DNA of 64,000 nt from NCBI GenBank assembly GCA_020444175.1, contig JAHLLM010000005.1, positions 4,210 to 68,209 of the forward strand, given 5' to 3'. This document shows, in pieces, positions 10,416 to 19,937 of the stretch. Below the pieces are notes generated by a model. It was not told the origin of the DNA, searched no databases, and saw only the letters and a list, made by a program, of their open reading frames with translations. The stretch is from Desulfobulbaceae bacterium (GTDB taxonomy: Bacteria; Desulfobacterota; Desulfobulbia; Desulfobulbales; SURF-16). How positions within the stretch are numbered: the first letter of the stretch is position 1; every line of letters begins with the position of its first letter. The position numbers and the translations under genes are program-made.

Positions 10416-11024
10416 TCAGCTAAGCGCTTTCTTTAGCGCCTTGGCATGCACATTACCGGCAATGTGAAGGGCGCTTTTTCCGGTAATCGGATCAAACTTG
10501 CTCGGGTCAGTTGGACAGAGATATTGCGCTTCCCTGGCAACACGTTCCAGAGCCTCTTCCGGAGAGAGTCCAATCAGGCGGGGTATAAGCTTCCAGGTAG
10601 CACCGCATGAAGCTCCTCTCTTTACCCTTATATCGCTGATCTTTCCGTCAGTAACTTCCACTTCATATTCCGGAATGCCGAATTGTTCACCGTATGTTCC
10701 AAGGCCGGCAAGCTTGCCCAAAGAACAGCAGGTCACCGGCGTGATGGCCTCGGCGCATTTTTTGCCGGAGGCAATGAGAGGGATGTTTTTGGTTTTGCAG
10801 AGCAGGGCAAGATGATGGAGCAGATCGGGGTGGGTCAGAAAACTGATTACCAGGTCACCATTGAAATCTTCCTGAAAATAGGGTTCTGGTTCTTCGATAA
10901 AATCGGGCAGACCTGAGGGAAGGTCAAATATCTGGGTGATCGCTATGCCGCGGCTGTATTGCTTTATACCGTCAATTTTAGCATTACCGCTGCCAGCCTG
11001 TTGAAAAATAATGATTTTTTCCAT
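10416..11024 (-). CDS. DUF166 (COG1810)-like uncharacterized protein
   Basis: 202 aa with several conserved-looking Cys (CCSLG, ASCGATW, YLCPTDP). The family assignment is from memory of DUF166 proteins and needs an HMM check. Confidence 0.5.
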   Translation of the reverse strand: MEKIIIFQQAGSGNAKIDGIKQYSRGIAITQIFDLPSGLPDFIEEPEPYFQEDFNGDLVISFLTHPDLLHHLALLCKTKNIPLIASGKKCAEAITPVTCCSLGKLAGLGTYGEQFGIPEYEVEVTDGKISDIRVKRGASCGATWKLIPRLIGLSPEEALERVAREAQYLCPTDPSKFDPITGKSALHIAGNVHAKALKKALS

Positions 11025-11039
11025 GCCGGATTGCTCCGG

Positions 11040-11408
11040 TTAATGGGTCGTGCGGCTGGAGTAAGTCGGTGTTGCGGAAAGGCCGGAGAATGCCTCGTCA
11101 AACTCGGATATGATTGTCGCGCGTGAAGATTCGACAATTTCATAGGGAAGATCGAGAAAAAGGGCAACATCGTCCAGACCCCTTCCCTGTCCGAAATGCT
11201 GTTCAGCGATAATAATTTTCAAGAAATCATCCTGTATAAGGGGGCGAAGGCTTTTTTCTATGCTTTTAAGGATTTCGCAGGCCTGGGCAAAGGTTTTCCC
11301 TTTGCCTATTTCCTTCCGCATCTTCAGCACTGTCTGTTCATACAGAACTTCATCGTCGGTGTCCACGGTGATTTTGGAAAGAGCTAATTCTAATTTCATG
11401 TTTTTCAT
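11040..11408 (-). CDS. Hypothetical protein (122 aa, predicted helical)
   Basis: Clean ORF between the alcohol dehydrogenase gene and the DUF166 gene on the same strand, 15 nt upstream of the DUF166 gene. I recognise no family. Confidence 0.55.
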   Translation of the reverse strand: MKNMKLELALSKITVDTDDEVLYEQTVLKMRKEIGKGKTFAQACEILKSIEKSLRPLIQDDFLKIIIAEQHFGQGRGLDDVALFLDLPYEIVESSRATIISEFDEAFSGLSATPTYSSRTTH

Positions 11409-11526
11409 GTCACTTCAGGGTTTAAAATTTTTTAACATAATACTCAAGCTACATTATGCATTTATTAATGCAAGTCAAAATGTTTTTACATAAAAAAGAA
11501 AAAAAAAGAAAGATATGAAATCATGC

Positions 11527-12690
11527 CTAACAGCATAGCTTAAGGATTTCCATTATGTTTTCTTTTTTATATTCCTTTAATCTCCACATTTTAGCGAGTG
11601 AAAGTGCATTTTCTGAAATAGAAGAAATTTCTTGTGCTGGAATGGAGGCTTCTGAAAGGGAAACAGGACTTTTGACGGAAACAAACCATTCTTTCAGGCG
11701 TTCAATCCCTTGCAGTGCAGCATTTTTGGGGTTTTCTCCTGAAATTCCGAAAACCCTGTCGGCAAATTGGGCAAATTTTTTGGGATTCCGTTCAGCCTGA
11801 TAACGCATCCAGCCGGGAACTACAATTGAAAGACCGGCACCGTGGGCTACATTATACAGTGCGCTCAAAGAGTGCTCTATCATGTGCATCGGAAAGCCTA
11901 CCATGCCAAGACCAGCAGCTGTCCAGCCATTTAAGGCCAGTGTTGCACACCACATGAGGTCGGCCCGTCCCTGGTAATCTTCCGGATCGGCAAGAACCTT
12001 TTCGCAGCTTTCCATTATATTTATAACCAGCCCCTCCATGAATCGATCCTGGACCGGTGTGGATGGGTCAGTGGTGGTAAAATAGAACTCAAGGATATGG
12101 GCAATGGCGTCAACTGCCCCGTATGCCGTGTAATCCGGGGGGACACTATAGGTGAGAGTCGGGTCCAGAATGGAGACTTTCGGATTGAGCAGCCGGTTGC
12201 CCACTCCGAATTTGTGTTTTTTTTCGTCATGGGTAATGACCATGCCGCCATTCATTTCCGATCCAGCCGCAGCCAGGGTAAGGACACAGGTGAGAGGCAG
12301 AGTTTTTTTTATGCTTTTTTTGCCTTTAAAAAACTGCCAAACGTCGTGGTCTACCAATGCACCGGCGGAAATGGCCTTGGCGCTGTCAATGACACTGCCG
12401 CCCCCCACGGCAACAATAACTTCAGTGTTTGCTTCCCTGGCTTTGGCGATTCCTTTCCGGACATGGCTGAGGAGAGGATTTGACTGAACCCCGCCATGCT
12501 CGATGATTTCCAGGGACTGCTTTTCCAGGGCATCTTTGACTCTGTCATAGATGCCGTTTTTTTTAATGGAATTTTTGCCGTAGACCAGGAGGATTTTTTT
12601 ACCAAAGGCGGCTGTCTCGGCCCCGATATTTTTAACAGTGTCCGTGCCGAAAAGGATTGTGGTCGGATTATGTAAGACAAAATTCTGCAT
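11527..12690 (-). CDS. Iron-containing (group III) alcohol dehydrogenase, YqhD/butanol dehydrogenase-like
   Basis: 387 aa with the GGGS.ID.AK nucleotide-binding motif (AVGGGSVIDSAKAIS) and metal-binding His residues (DAIAHILE, HMIEHSLSALYNVAHGAGL). Confidence 0.9.
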   Translation of the reverse strand: MQNFVLHNPTTILFGTDTVKNIGAETAAFGKKILLVYGKNSIKKNGIYDRVKDALEKQSLEIIEHGGVQSNPLLSHVRKGIAKAREANTEVIVAVGGGSVIDSAKAISAGALVDHDVWQFFKGKKSIKKTLPLTCVLTLAAAGSEMNGGMVITHDEKKHKFGVGNRLLNPKVSILDPTLTYSVPPDYTAYGAVDAIAHILEFYFTTTDPSTPVQDRFMEGLVINIMESCEKVLADPEDYQGRADLMWCATLALNGWTAAGLGMVGFPMHMIEHSLSALYNVAHGAGLSIVVPGWMRYQAERNPKKFAQFADRVFGISGENPKNAALQGIERLKEWFVSVKSPVSLSEASIPAQEISSISENALSLAKMWRLKEYKKENIMEILKLCC

Positions 12691-12723
12691 GGTAAACCCC
12701 TTTTTTGCTCTGAGTTACGATTT

Positions 12724-12890
12724 TTAGTCCTTAGTCGTAGGTTGGGTAAAGCGAATTAACGTCCCGAAATTGTTGGGTTTCGCTTCATTGTATTGATGCC
12801 GGGATGATGACGCTCCAAGAGCAAGAGCGAAACCCAACAGAATTACATGGCAAGTTACGCTCTACCCAACCTACCGCTTAGTCCTTAGTC
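12724..12890. repeat. MITE/REP-like nested-palindrome element (138-bp core, 12737-12874) flanked by a 13-bp direct repeat
   Basis: Terminal inverted repeats GTAGGTTGGGTAAAGCG (12737-12753) and CGCTCTACCCAACCTAC (12858-12874), with 1 mismatch. Inner perfect 14-bp inverted repeat TGTTGGGTTTCGCT (12771-12784 and 12826-12839). Direct repeat TTAGTCCTTAGTC at 12724-12736 and 12878-12890. Confidence 0.75.
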
Positions 12891-13747
12891 CTCAACCCTG
12901 CCAGTGCCAGTGAAATTGCCACAAACTCCTCGATACCCAGTTTTTCCGCACGAGTTGTGGGTTCGACATTCGCCTTGAGAAGCGCCGTGCGGACAGACTC
13001 CTTATTAAAACCGAGCAGTGCAGAGGCGGAAAGGGCGTTAAGCAGGGTTTTTCTCCGCTGTTGAAAGGCGCTTTTGACAATTTTCCTGAGAAAAGAATGG
13101 TCGTGGGGCGGCAAGGCCTGGGCTCGTTCCGGGACAGGATCAAAGGAAATTTTCACAACAACCGAATCCACCTTGGGGCGTGGATGAAATTGTCCCGGTC
13201 CCACGTCAAGCAGGTGAGTTACCCGCGCTGAACCTGCCAGGAGCACGGAAAGTATGCCGTATTCCTTGGTTCCCGGAGAGGCTACAAGGCGTTGGCCAAC
13301 TTCCTTCTGCAGCATGAGGACTGCCCAGCCCATGACCTCCCGGTTGTCGAGAAGCTTGAAGAGCAGCGGGTTTGAAATGGAGTAGGGGAGGTTGGCCACG
13401 ATTTTAAGTCGGCCGCCACACTCTTTTGCAAGGTGGTGAAAATCCGCTTTCAGGAGATCCTGGTGGATGAGTGTCACATTTTCCGCCAGATTGCCGTCGG
13501 TCTGTTGCCAGTCAATGATGCCTGAATCAAGTTCTATACCTATGACTTTTTCGACATTTCGCGACAAAGGACCCGTCAGGGTGCCCAGGCCGACGCCAAG
13601 TTCAACAACGGTGTCCTCCTCTGTCACTCCTGCCAGGGAAACGATTCTTTCGGCTGTCTGTTCATGGATAAGGAAGTTCTGGCCCAGTCTTTTTAAAGGG
13701 GCCAGTTTTTCATGTTTAAGGATTTTTTTGATCGTCTGAAGACTCAT
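12878..13747 (-). CDS. rsmA: 16S rRNA (adenine1518/1519-N6)-dimethyltransferase
   Basis: 289 aa with LGQNFL near the N-terminus, the SAM motif VVELGVGLGTLT, and NLPY. Confidence 0.93.
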   Translation of the reverse strand: MSLQTIKKILKHEKLAPLKRLGQNFLIHEQTAERIVSLAGVTEEDTVVELGVGLGTLTGPLSRNVEKVIGIELDSGIIDWQQTDGNLAENVTLIHQDLLKADFHHLAKECGGRLKIVANLPYSISNPLLFKLLDNREVMGWAVLMLQKEVGQRLVASPGTKEYGILSVLLAGSARVTHLLDVGPGQFHPRPKVDSVVVKISFDPVPERAQALPPHDHSFLRKIVKSAFQQRRKTLLNALSASALLGFNKESVRTALLKANVEPTTRAEKLGIEEFVAISLALAGLRTKD

Positions 13748-14258
13748 AGTATTGGACCAGCTTTTCGGCGCGTTGACGCAGTCGTTTTCTGCGAATTGAT
13801 TTATAAAAATAAAGTGAGAGAAAGTAGCTTGCTATGGTAAAGGGCAAAGCCAGTACAACACCGCCAACCAGCATAAGGGATATGGCGTGCCAGCCAAGTT
13901 TGCTGAGTTCCGCCAGTGTTTCCTTGAACCCCAGGTGGCCCGTAATAATGGCCATGAGCTCATGAATTCTTTCCCAGGAAAGTTCATAGGGAGTGAGCAG
14001 GGTGCCAAGCCGCCAGGAAAAATAATATTGAAAAAAGAAGGTAATGGGATTGCTGACAAGGCAGCCTGCCAGTATGCCGGCAAGTTTACTTGCCCTGCAG
14101 AACAGGGCTGTGGCGATAATAAGGATGGTGTGCAGGGGAATTGTTGGCGTAATGCCGATAAAGACGCCAATAGCCACCCCTCTGGCAATTTCTTTCGGAT
14201 CTCCCTGAAGTCTGATAAATCTCAAATAATAATATCGAAAAAAACGCAGCAGATTCAT
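13716..14258 (-). CDS. DUF2062 family membrane protein
   Basis: The start ATG overlaps the tsaD stop (ATGA). Sequence GDP..IA.G.AIGVFIG..P...HT plus multiple TM helices. The 3' end overlaps the rsmA start by 32 nt. Confidence 0.72.
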   Translation of the reverse strand: MNLLRFFRYYYLRFIRLQGDPKEIARGVAIGVFIGITPTIPLHTILIIATALFCRASKLAGILAGCLVSNPITFFFQYYFSWRLGTLLTPYELSWERIHELMAIITGHLGFKETLAELSKLGWHAISLMLVGGVVLALPFTIASYFLSLYFYKSIRRKRLRQRAEKLVQYYESSDDQKNP

Positions 14259-15298
14259 TTTGATCCCGCTATCGCGCATCTTGAATACACATCCATGTCC
14301 AGCGTGAGAATAGCCCCTTTCTGAAAACGGTGAAAGCCGGCAAGGGCAATCATGGCGGCATTATCTGTGCAAAATTCAGTCGGGGGCATGAAGACTTCAA
14401 GACCGTTTTCACTGCCCTGCTCATGCATTCTTTCCCGCAGTCTGGGATTTGCTGCAACACCACCGGCCATGACGATATTTTTGACTTTGAATTTACGGGC
14501 GGCTTTGATTGTTTTGCCGACAAGGACATCAACCACTGCTTCCTGGAAAGAGGCACAGATGTTCGCTGTTTCAATCGGGGTGCGTGCATCTGCTCCATTT
14601 GAGGAGGTGAGGTGCTGGTTTTGTCTGACGTAATTGGCAACGGATGTTTTAAGGCCGCTGAAACTGAAATCAAGACTTTCCGGATCAAGCCAGGATCTGG
14701 GAAAGGTAATTGCCTTTGGGTCTCCCTGCAGGGCCAGTTTTGAAATGATCGGGCCGCCTGGATAGGAAAGCCCCAGTATTTTGGCAACCTTGTCAAAAGC
14801 CTCTCCAGCTGCATCGTCTCTTGTTCTCCCTTCAATTGAGTAGTGGGAGTAGTCCGTTACATGAAATATCGTGGAGTGCCCGCCGGAGGCAATGAGTGCC
14901 ACAAAGGGGAAAGTCGGTTTTTTTTCGGAAAGAAATACGGAAAAAAGATGACCGGCCATATGATCTACACCGACATAAGGTATTTTTTTGACAAGAGAGA
15001 GTGACTTGGCAAAAGACAGGCCGACCAGTAGAGAGCCGATAAGTCCCGGCCCCTGTGTAACAGCAATGCCGTCTACATCATCAAGAGTAATGCCTGCCTG
15101 GTTCAAGGCACTGTTCACAACAGGATAGATGTCTTCAAGGTGCTGGCGGGAAGCAAGCTCAGGAACGACACCGCCGTATTTACCATGAAGGTCAATCTGT
15201 GAGTTGACAACATTGGCCAGCAGTTTTTCACCGTCCCGGAGGATTGCGGCAGCTGTTTCATCGCAGGAGCTTTCAATGGCTAGGATGATCATATGCAA
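14255..15298 (-). CDS. tsaD: tRNA N6-adenosine threonylcarbamoyltransferase
   Basis: 347 aa starting ILAIESSCDETAAA, with the HMAGH metal-binding motif and the Kae1/Gcp pattern throughout. Confidence 0.95.
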   Translation of the reverse strand: MHMIILAIESSCDETAAAILRDGEKLLANVVNSQIDLHGKYGGVVPELASRQHLEDIYPVVNSALNQAGITLDDVDGIAVTQGPGLIGSLLVGLSFAKSLSLVKKIPYVGVDHMAGHLFSVFLSEKKPTFPFVALIASGGHSTIFHVTDYSHYSIEGRTRDDAAGEAFDKVAKILGLSYPGGPIISKLALQGDPKAITFPRSWLDPESLDFSFSGLKTSVANYVRQNQHLTSSNGADARTPIETANICASFQEAVVDVLVGKTIKAARKFKVKNIVMAGGVAANPRLRERMHEQGSENGLEVFMPPTEFCTDNAAMIALAGFHRFQKGAILTLDMDVYSRCAIAGSK

Positions 15299-15434
15299 AA
15301 AGGTTTAAGATTTGGTATTTGAATTTTTTTAGTTGTAGTATTCTATCTTTTGATTAAATTGTTAAAATAACAGTAGTGATTCCTATATTATTGTGTATAA
15401 CAAGTTCAGACTCAACGGGCAATATTGACATATA

Positions 15435-16499
15435 ATGACAAAAAATACTCCTGAAATAGTGCAGAAACAGCAAGAAAAATCACTGGACAGCCTTATCGAG
15501 ACCGGTCAGCTTACGGATTTATTTTCCCGTTCGATTTCCTACCTGCGGGTCTCTTTGACTGATCAGTGCAACCTGCGTTGTCTCTATTGCACCCCCAAGG
15601 AGATTGAAGAAAAATTGTCCTGCGGAGAGTTGCTCAGCTACGAGGAACTGCTTCGTGTTATCGGATTGGCTGTGGAACTGGGTATCCGCAAGGTAAGACT
15701 TACCGGTGGTGAACCTCTGGTAAGGAAAAACGTTATTTCTTTTATTCGGCGGCTGGCTGAGCTGCCCGGATTAGATGATATACGGCTGACAACGAACGGT
15801 GTCATGCTGGAAAGCATGGCGGACGACCTTTTTAAGGCAGGTATCAGAAAGCTCAACATCAGCCTTGATACCTTGAAAAAGGAGCGCTATCAGCAGATTA
15901 CCGGTGTCGATATTTTTAACAGGGTATGGGCGGGAATTGAGAAGGTCGAGGCAATGGGCTTTTCTCCTATTAAAATCAATATGGTCGCCCTGCGCGGCAT
16001 AAATGATGATGAATTAGTTGATTTTGCCCGTCTTACCCTGACCCACAATCTGCAGGTCCGCTTTATAGAATTCATGCCCATAGGTGACGGCACGCTCTGG
16101 GGCAAAGAGAGATATATTTCCTCCGAAGAAATCAAAGAACGCATCAGTATTCTTGGAGAGCTTGAAGAGATAAAGACTTTTCGCATGGATGGACCGGCCC
16201 GTATCTACAGATTCAGAGATGGCGACACCTTGCGGGGCTCTGTTGGTTTTATCAGTCCTATCAGTCATAAATTCTGCGATCAGTGTAATCGGTTACGTCT
16301 GACCTCGGAGGGAAGATTGCGGTCCTGTCTGTTGTCTGATCAGGAAACAGACTTGAAAACAATCATCCGCTCCGGCGGCAGTGATAAGGATGTGAAGATG
16401 GCCCTGGTGCAGACCATCTTGAATAAACCAAAAGGACACACCATACTTGATAAGGATGGCGGAAACTGTCACGGACAGATGTCACGGATAGGCGGTTAG
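15435..16499 (+). CDS. moaA: GTP 3',8-cyclase (molybdenum cofactor biosynthesis protein A)
   Basis: Radical SAM CNLRCLYC motif, a C-terminal second cluster motif (CDQCNRLRLTSEGRLRSCL), and a GG tail. Confidence 0.93.
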   Translation: MTKNTPEIVQKQQEKSLDSLIETGQLTDLFSRSISYLRVSLTDQCNLRCLYCTPKEIEEKLSCGELLSYEELLRVIGLAVELGIRKVRLTGGEPLVRKNVISFIRRLAELPGLDDIRLTTNGVMLESMADDLFKAGIRKLNISLDTLKKERYQQITGVDIFNRVWAGIEKVEAMGFSPIKINMVALRGINDDELVDFARLTLTHNLQVRFIEFMPIGDGTLWGKERYISSEEIKERISILGELEEIKTFRMDGPARIYRFRDGDTLRGSVGFISPISHKFCDQCNRLRLTSEGRLRSCLLSDQETDLKTIIRSGGSDKDVKMALVQTILNKPKGHTILDKDGGNCHGQMSRIGG

Positions 16500-16520
16500 G
16501 AAGCTCTGTTTTATACCTGG

Positions 16521-17615
16521 CTACGGGGTTGATTGTCGGGCCTGTGGATAGGAGCCGAGCCATTCAAAATAAGAACAGCTTTCCTGTAATCTCTCAAAGG
16601 CCTCGACAAGCACACCGTCATCGTGGTGCCCGAGCATATCGATGAAAAAGAGATATTTGCCGGGCTCATTTTTTACAGGTCGCGACTCGATACGGGTCAG
16701 GTTGATATTGCGGCGCGCCAGTATGGCCAGTGTGTCGTTCAAGGCCCCTGGACGGTCAAGAAGACCGAGCAGCAATGAGGTTTTGTCCCTGCCGCTTTTA
16801 CTGGGGGACTCTTTGCCTATCAAGACAAAGCGGGTTGTATTGCCGCGGTAATCTTCAATTCCCTTGACAACAACCTGGAGTTGGTAGGTTTTGATGGCCA
16901 GAGAGCTGGCAATGGCCGCCACAGTATGGTCTTCCGCTGCCATCTGGGCCGCCAGTCCGGTGCTGAAAACAGATTGAGTGGGGACTCCGGGCAGCTGTTT
17001 TCTCAGCCATTGCCGGCATTGGGCAAGGGGCTGGGAATGGGAAACAATGAGTTTTATGTCTTCCATGTTGCCGGAATAATTGACCAGATTGTGGGAGATG
17101 CCAAGATATTCCTCGCCGCAGATTTTAACTTTACATTTCATGAAGGCATCAAGTGAAGATGTAACAGATCCTTCAATCGAGTTTTCCAGTGGAACCATGC
17201 CGTATTGGACCCTGCCGCGTTCCACTTCGTAAAAAATATCCTCAATGGTCTCTATGGGCCGGTATTCAGCAGCCTGGCCAAAATATTTTACACCGGCAAG
17301 ATGAGAAAATGTTGCCTCCGGACCAAGGTAAGCAACCTCGACCGGTTTCTGGGAGAGCCTGCAGGTTGTGATGATTTCGTGGAAAATACTGCGCAGCGGC
17401 TCTTCTGGAAATTCCCCCTTATTCAGGCTGGAAAGTCGGTCATAGATTTGTCGTTCCCGTAGAGGGTCCCACTTTGCTTTGTTTTCCTTGGATTTCAGGT
17501 GGCCGATTTCCTTGGCACATTTGAGTCTTTCTTTCAGTAAGTTAAGGACCGTGTCGTCAATGGTGTCAATGCGGTTTCTTACATTGATCAGGGGGGCTTG
17601 GTTGTTTGTGGACAT
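16521..17615 (-). CDS. pheA: Bifunctional chorismate mutase / prephenate dehydratase (P-protein)
   Basis: N-terminal CM_2 region (R..ID.ID..LL.LL..R), a PDT domain (VAYLGPEATFSH), a TRF motif, and a C-terminal ACT domain (ESRP). Confidence 0.93.
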   Translation of the reverse strand: MSTNNQAPLINVRNRIDTIDDTVLNLLKERLKCAKEIGHLKSKENKAKWDPLRERQIYDRLSSLNKGEFPEEPLRSIFHEIITTCRLSQKPVEVAYLGPEATFSHLAGVKYFGQAAEYRPIETIEDIFYEVERGRVQYGMVPLENSIEGSVTSSLDAFMKCKVKICGEEYLGISHNLVNYSGNMEDIKLIVSHSQPLAQCRQWLRKQLPGVPTQSVFSTGLAAQMAAEDHTVAAIASSLAIKTYQLQVVVKGIEDYRGNTTRFVLIGKESPSKSGRDKTSLLLGLLDRPGALNDTLAILARRNINLTRIESRPVKNEPGKYLFFIDMLGHHDDGVLVEAFERLQESCSYFEWLGSYPQARQSTP

Positions 17616-18145
17616 AATGTAAACGTCTTGAGTTTTAAAGAGTTAATCAGGAGAGAAAGCTGACTCTTAAAAAAAAATTTAAAAGCAACTTTGATTTTCC
17701 TGAAGCTGCATGAAAGATAAATATGACCTGGTACAGTGGTATAAGGCAAAAAATATATTATTAAAGCAAATTCACTGATATGGAAAGTCAAAAAAAGACG
17801 TGCCGGAGAAAAAAGTCTGTTCTCTTCTAACTTGAAAAAATATTAAAAGTATTCTAGGGTTAAAATCATTTTTTGACGGTCTTGCAAAAAAATGCGCAAC
17901 TGCCTCGGCATGTTGCCAATTTGTTTCTATTCCATCGAGTCGATGAGGAGGTTGTGACTTTTCAGCCGAAAGGCACAAATGCAAGTTCTTCATTAACTTT
18001 GAGCTTCTTTAACGAATGAGATTTTTAACTGGTCGAAGTTAAATAATAAGGTCAACCACCCACCAGGATCTTTCTCCCTTTACACGGGGGGTAGAACGGA
18101 GACCACTCTACTGTGGCTGGCCTTAAGAAACCGGGAAGCAACGTT

Positions 18146-18745
18146 ATGAAAATAAAAAACTGGATGAAAGAAAGCCCCGTTACCGTCAGCAGAAGTGCTC
18201 TCCTGCAGGAAGCGACCGAGTTGATGAAAAAGCACTCCATCAGGCATCTTCCTGTTGTAGAAGATGAACAGCTTGTTGGGTTCATAACTGAAAGCGATAC
18301 AAGGCAGTTTTCTTTTCCGTCAATGGTGGAGGATATTCCCGTCCACCAGGTGATGGTTCTGAACCCGATTACCGTTAATGCTAATTCCAGTATCGAAACC
18401 GCTGCCCGTTTGATCCATGATTATAAAATCGGCGGTTTGCCCGTACTGGATAAGAAAAAGCTTGTCGGTATTATTACCGCCTCGGATCTGCTTTCCGCCT
18501 TTATTGAAGTACTGGGGCTTTTCAAGGCCTCAACTCGTATAGATGTGGTTGTCAGCAAGAAAGGCGGCCTGGAGGATGTGACCAGGATTATCAATGAACA
18601 GGGTGGTGAAATTATGAGTGTGGCTATCGAAAGCCACGCTGCAAGGCGAAAAGTTCATTATTTCAGACTTGAAAGGTGCGATCCCGCACCAATTGTTGAT
18701 GCATTGGAAGCTGCCGGTCATAAGGTTGTTTCCGTTATGGAGTAA
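18146..18745 (+). CDS. CBS-pair plus ACT domain regulatory protein (AcuB-like)
   Basis: Two CBS motifs (IRHLPVVEDEQLVGFITESD and IGGLPVLDKKKLVGIITASD) followed by an ACT-like C-terminus. The ORF opens at GTG 18113; I prefer ATG 18146. Confidence 0.8.
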   Translation: MKIKNWMKESPVTVSRSALLQEATELMKKHSIRHLPVVEDEQLVGFITESDTRQFSFPSMVEDIPVHQVMVLNPITVNANSSIETAARLIHDYKIGGLPVLDKKKLVGIITASDLLSAFIEVLGLFKASTRIDVVVSKKGGLEDVTRIINEQGGEIMSVAIESHAARRKVHYFRLERCDPAPIVDALEAAGHKVVSVME

Positions 18746-18752
18746 GTTTGTT

Positions 18753-19922
18753 ATGGAGAAATTTAAGGTTCAGAAGACATATGAAGAAATAAATGCCAGG
18801 ATAAAAGCTGGCGAAGCGGTTGTTGTAACCGCTGAAGAGATGGTCGGTATTGTCCGCGACAAGGGGCCGGAGGAAGCAGCCCGAACAGTTGATGTCGTGA
18901 CCACCGGGACATTTTCTCCCATGTGTTCTTCCGGCGCTTTTATAAATTTCGGGCACTCAAAGCCGACTATTAAGGCCAGCAGAGTTTGGCTAAACGGTGT
19001 GCCTGCATATGCCGGTCTTGCCGCCGTGGATGTTTACCTCGGAGCTGCAGAACTGCCCGAGGATGATCCTCTTAATATGGTTTTCCCTGGAGAATTCCGC
19101 TACGGCGGCGGACATGTCCTTGAAGATCTGCTGGCCGGGAAAAAGGTTGTATTAAAGGCCATTGCCTATGGTACGGATTGCTATCCGAATAAGGAAATCG
19201 AAAAGGAGGTAACGCTTCAGGATCTGCCCTATGCGTTGCTCATGAACCCTCGAAATGCCTATCAGAATTACAATTGCGCTGTAAACCTGTCTGATAAAAC
19301 CATTTACACCTATATGGGCACATTGCGCCCAAATGCGAAAAATGCAAATTATTGCAGTGCAGGTGAGCTGAGTCCGCTCATGAACGACCCCCTTTATAAA
19401 ACCATAGGGCTTGGCACGCGAATTTTTCTTGGAGGCGGAATCGGTTATGTCGGTTGGCACGGAACGCAGCACAACCCTGGAGTGCCAAGGCTTGAAAACG
19501 GGACGCCGAGAAAACCTGCCGGGACCTTGATGGTCTATGGTGATTTGAAACAGATGCAGGCCAGGTGGATCAAAGGAATCAGCATGCAGGGTTACGGGGC
19601 CACCATGGCAGTGGGCATTGGTATTCCCATTCCTATTCTGAATGAGGAAATGGCCCGTTTCACAGGGGTGTCTGATGATGAGCTTGTCACCCAGGTGGTT
19701 GATTATTCATATGATTATTCTCATGGGGTTGCCCGCAGCTACGGCGAGGTTTCCTATGCTCAATTGAAAACCGGTCAGATTGAGGTTAATGGACAACAAG
19801 TTACCACTTCTCCATTGTCAAGTGTTGTAAGGGCCAGAGAAATAGCCCAGACACTGAAGGCATGGATTGATAAAGGAGATTTTTTGCTTGGTGAGCCATC
19901 AACGACTTTGCCTGACAAGTAA
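18753..19922 (+). CDS. COG1900/DUF39 homocysteine-biosynthesis-type enzyme
   Basis: From ATG 18753 (MEKFKVQKTYEEINARIKAGEAVVVTAEEM...VDVVTTGTF..MCSSGAF.NFGH). The longer ORF-track version (18618) would overlap the CBS gene. The family call is from recognition of the DUF39 N-terminal pattern. Confidence 0.78.
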   Translation: MEKFKVQKTYEEINARIKAGEAVVVTAEEMVGIVRDKGPEEAARTVDVVTTGTFSPMCSSGAFINFGHSKPTIKASRVWLNGVPAYAGLAAVDVYLGAAELPEDDPLNMVFPGEFRYGGGHVLEDLLAGKKVVLKAIAYGTDCYPNKEIEKEVTLQDLPYALLMNPRNAYQNYNCAVNLSDKTIYTYMGTLRPNAKNANYCSAGELSPLMNDPLYKTIGLGTRIFLGGGIGYVGWHGTQHNPGVPRLENGTPRKPAGTLMVYGDLKQMQARWIKGISMQGYGATMAVGIGIPIPILNEEMARFTGVSDDELVTQVVDYSYDYSHGVARSYGEVSYAQLKTGQIEVNGQQVTTSPLSSVVRAREIAQTLKAWIDKGDFLLGEPSTTLPDK

Positions 19923-19937
19923 TTTTCTGCTTATAAA

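Noticed and set aside
18618-18752. N-terminal extension of the COG1900 ORF in the track (start at 18618)
   Set aside because: It would overlap the last 128 nt of the CBS/ACT gene in another frame. The family-typical N-terminus begins at ATG 18753, 7 nt after the upstream stop.
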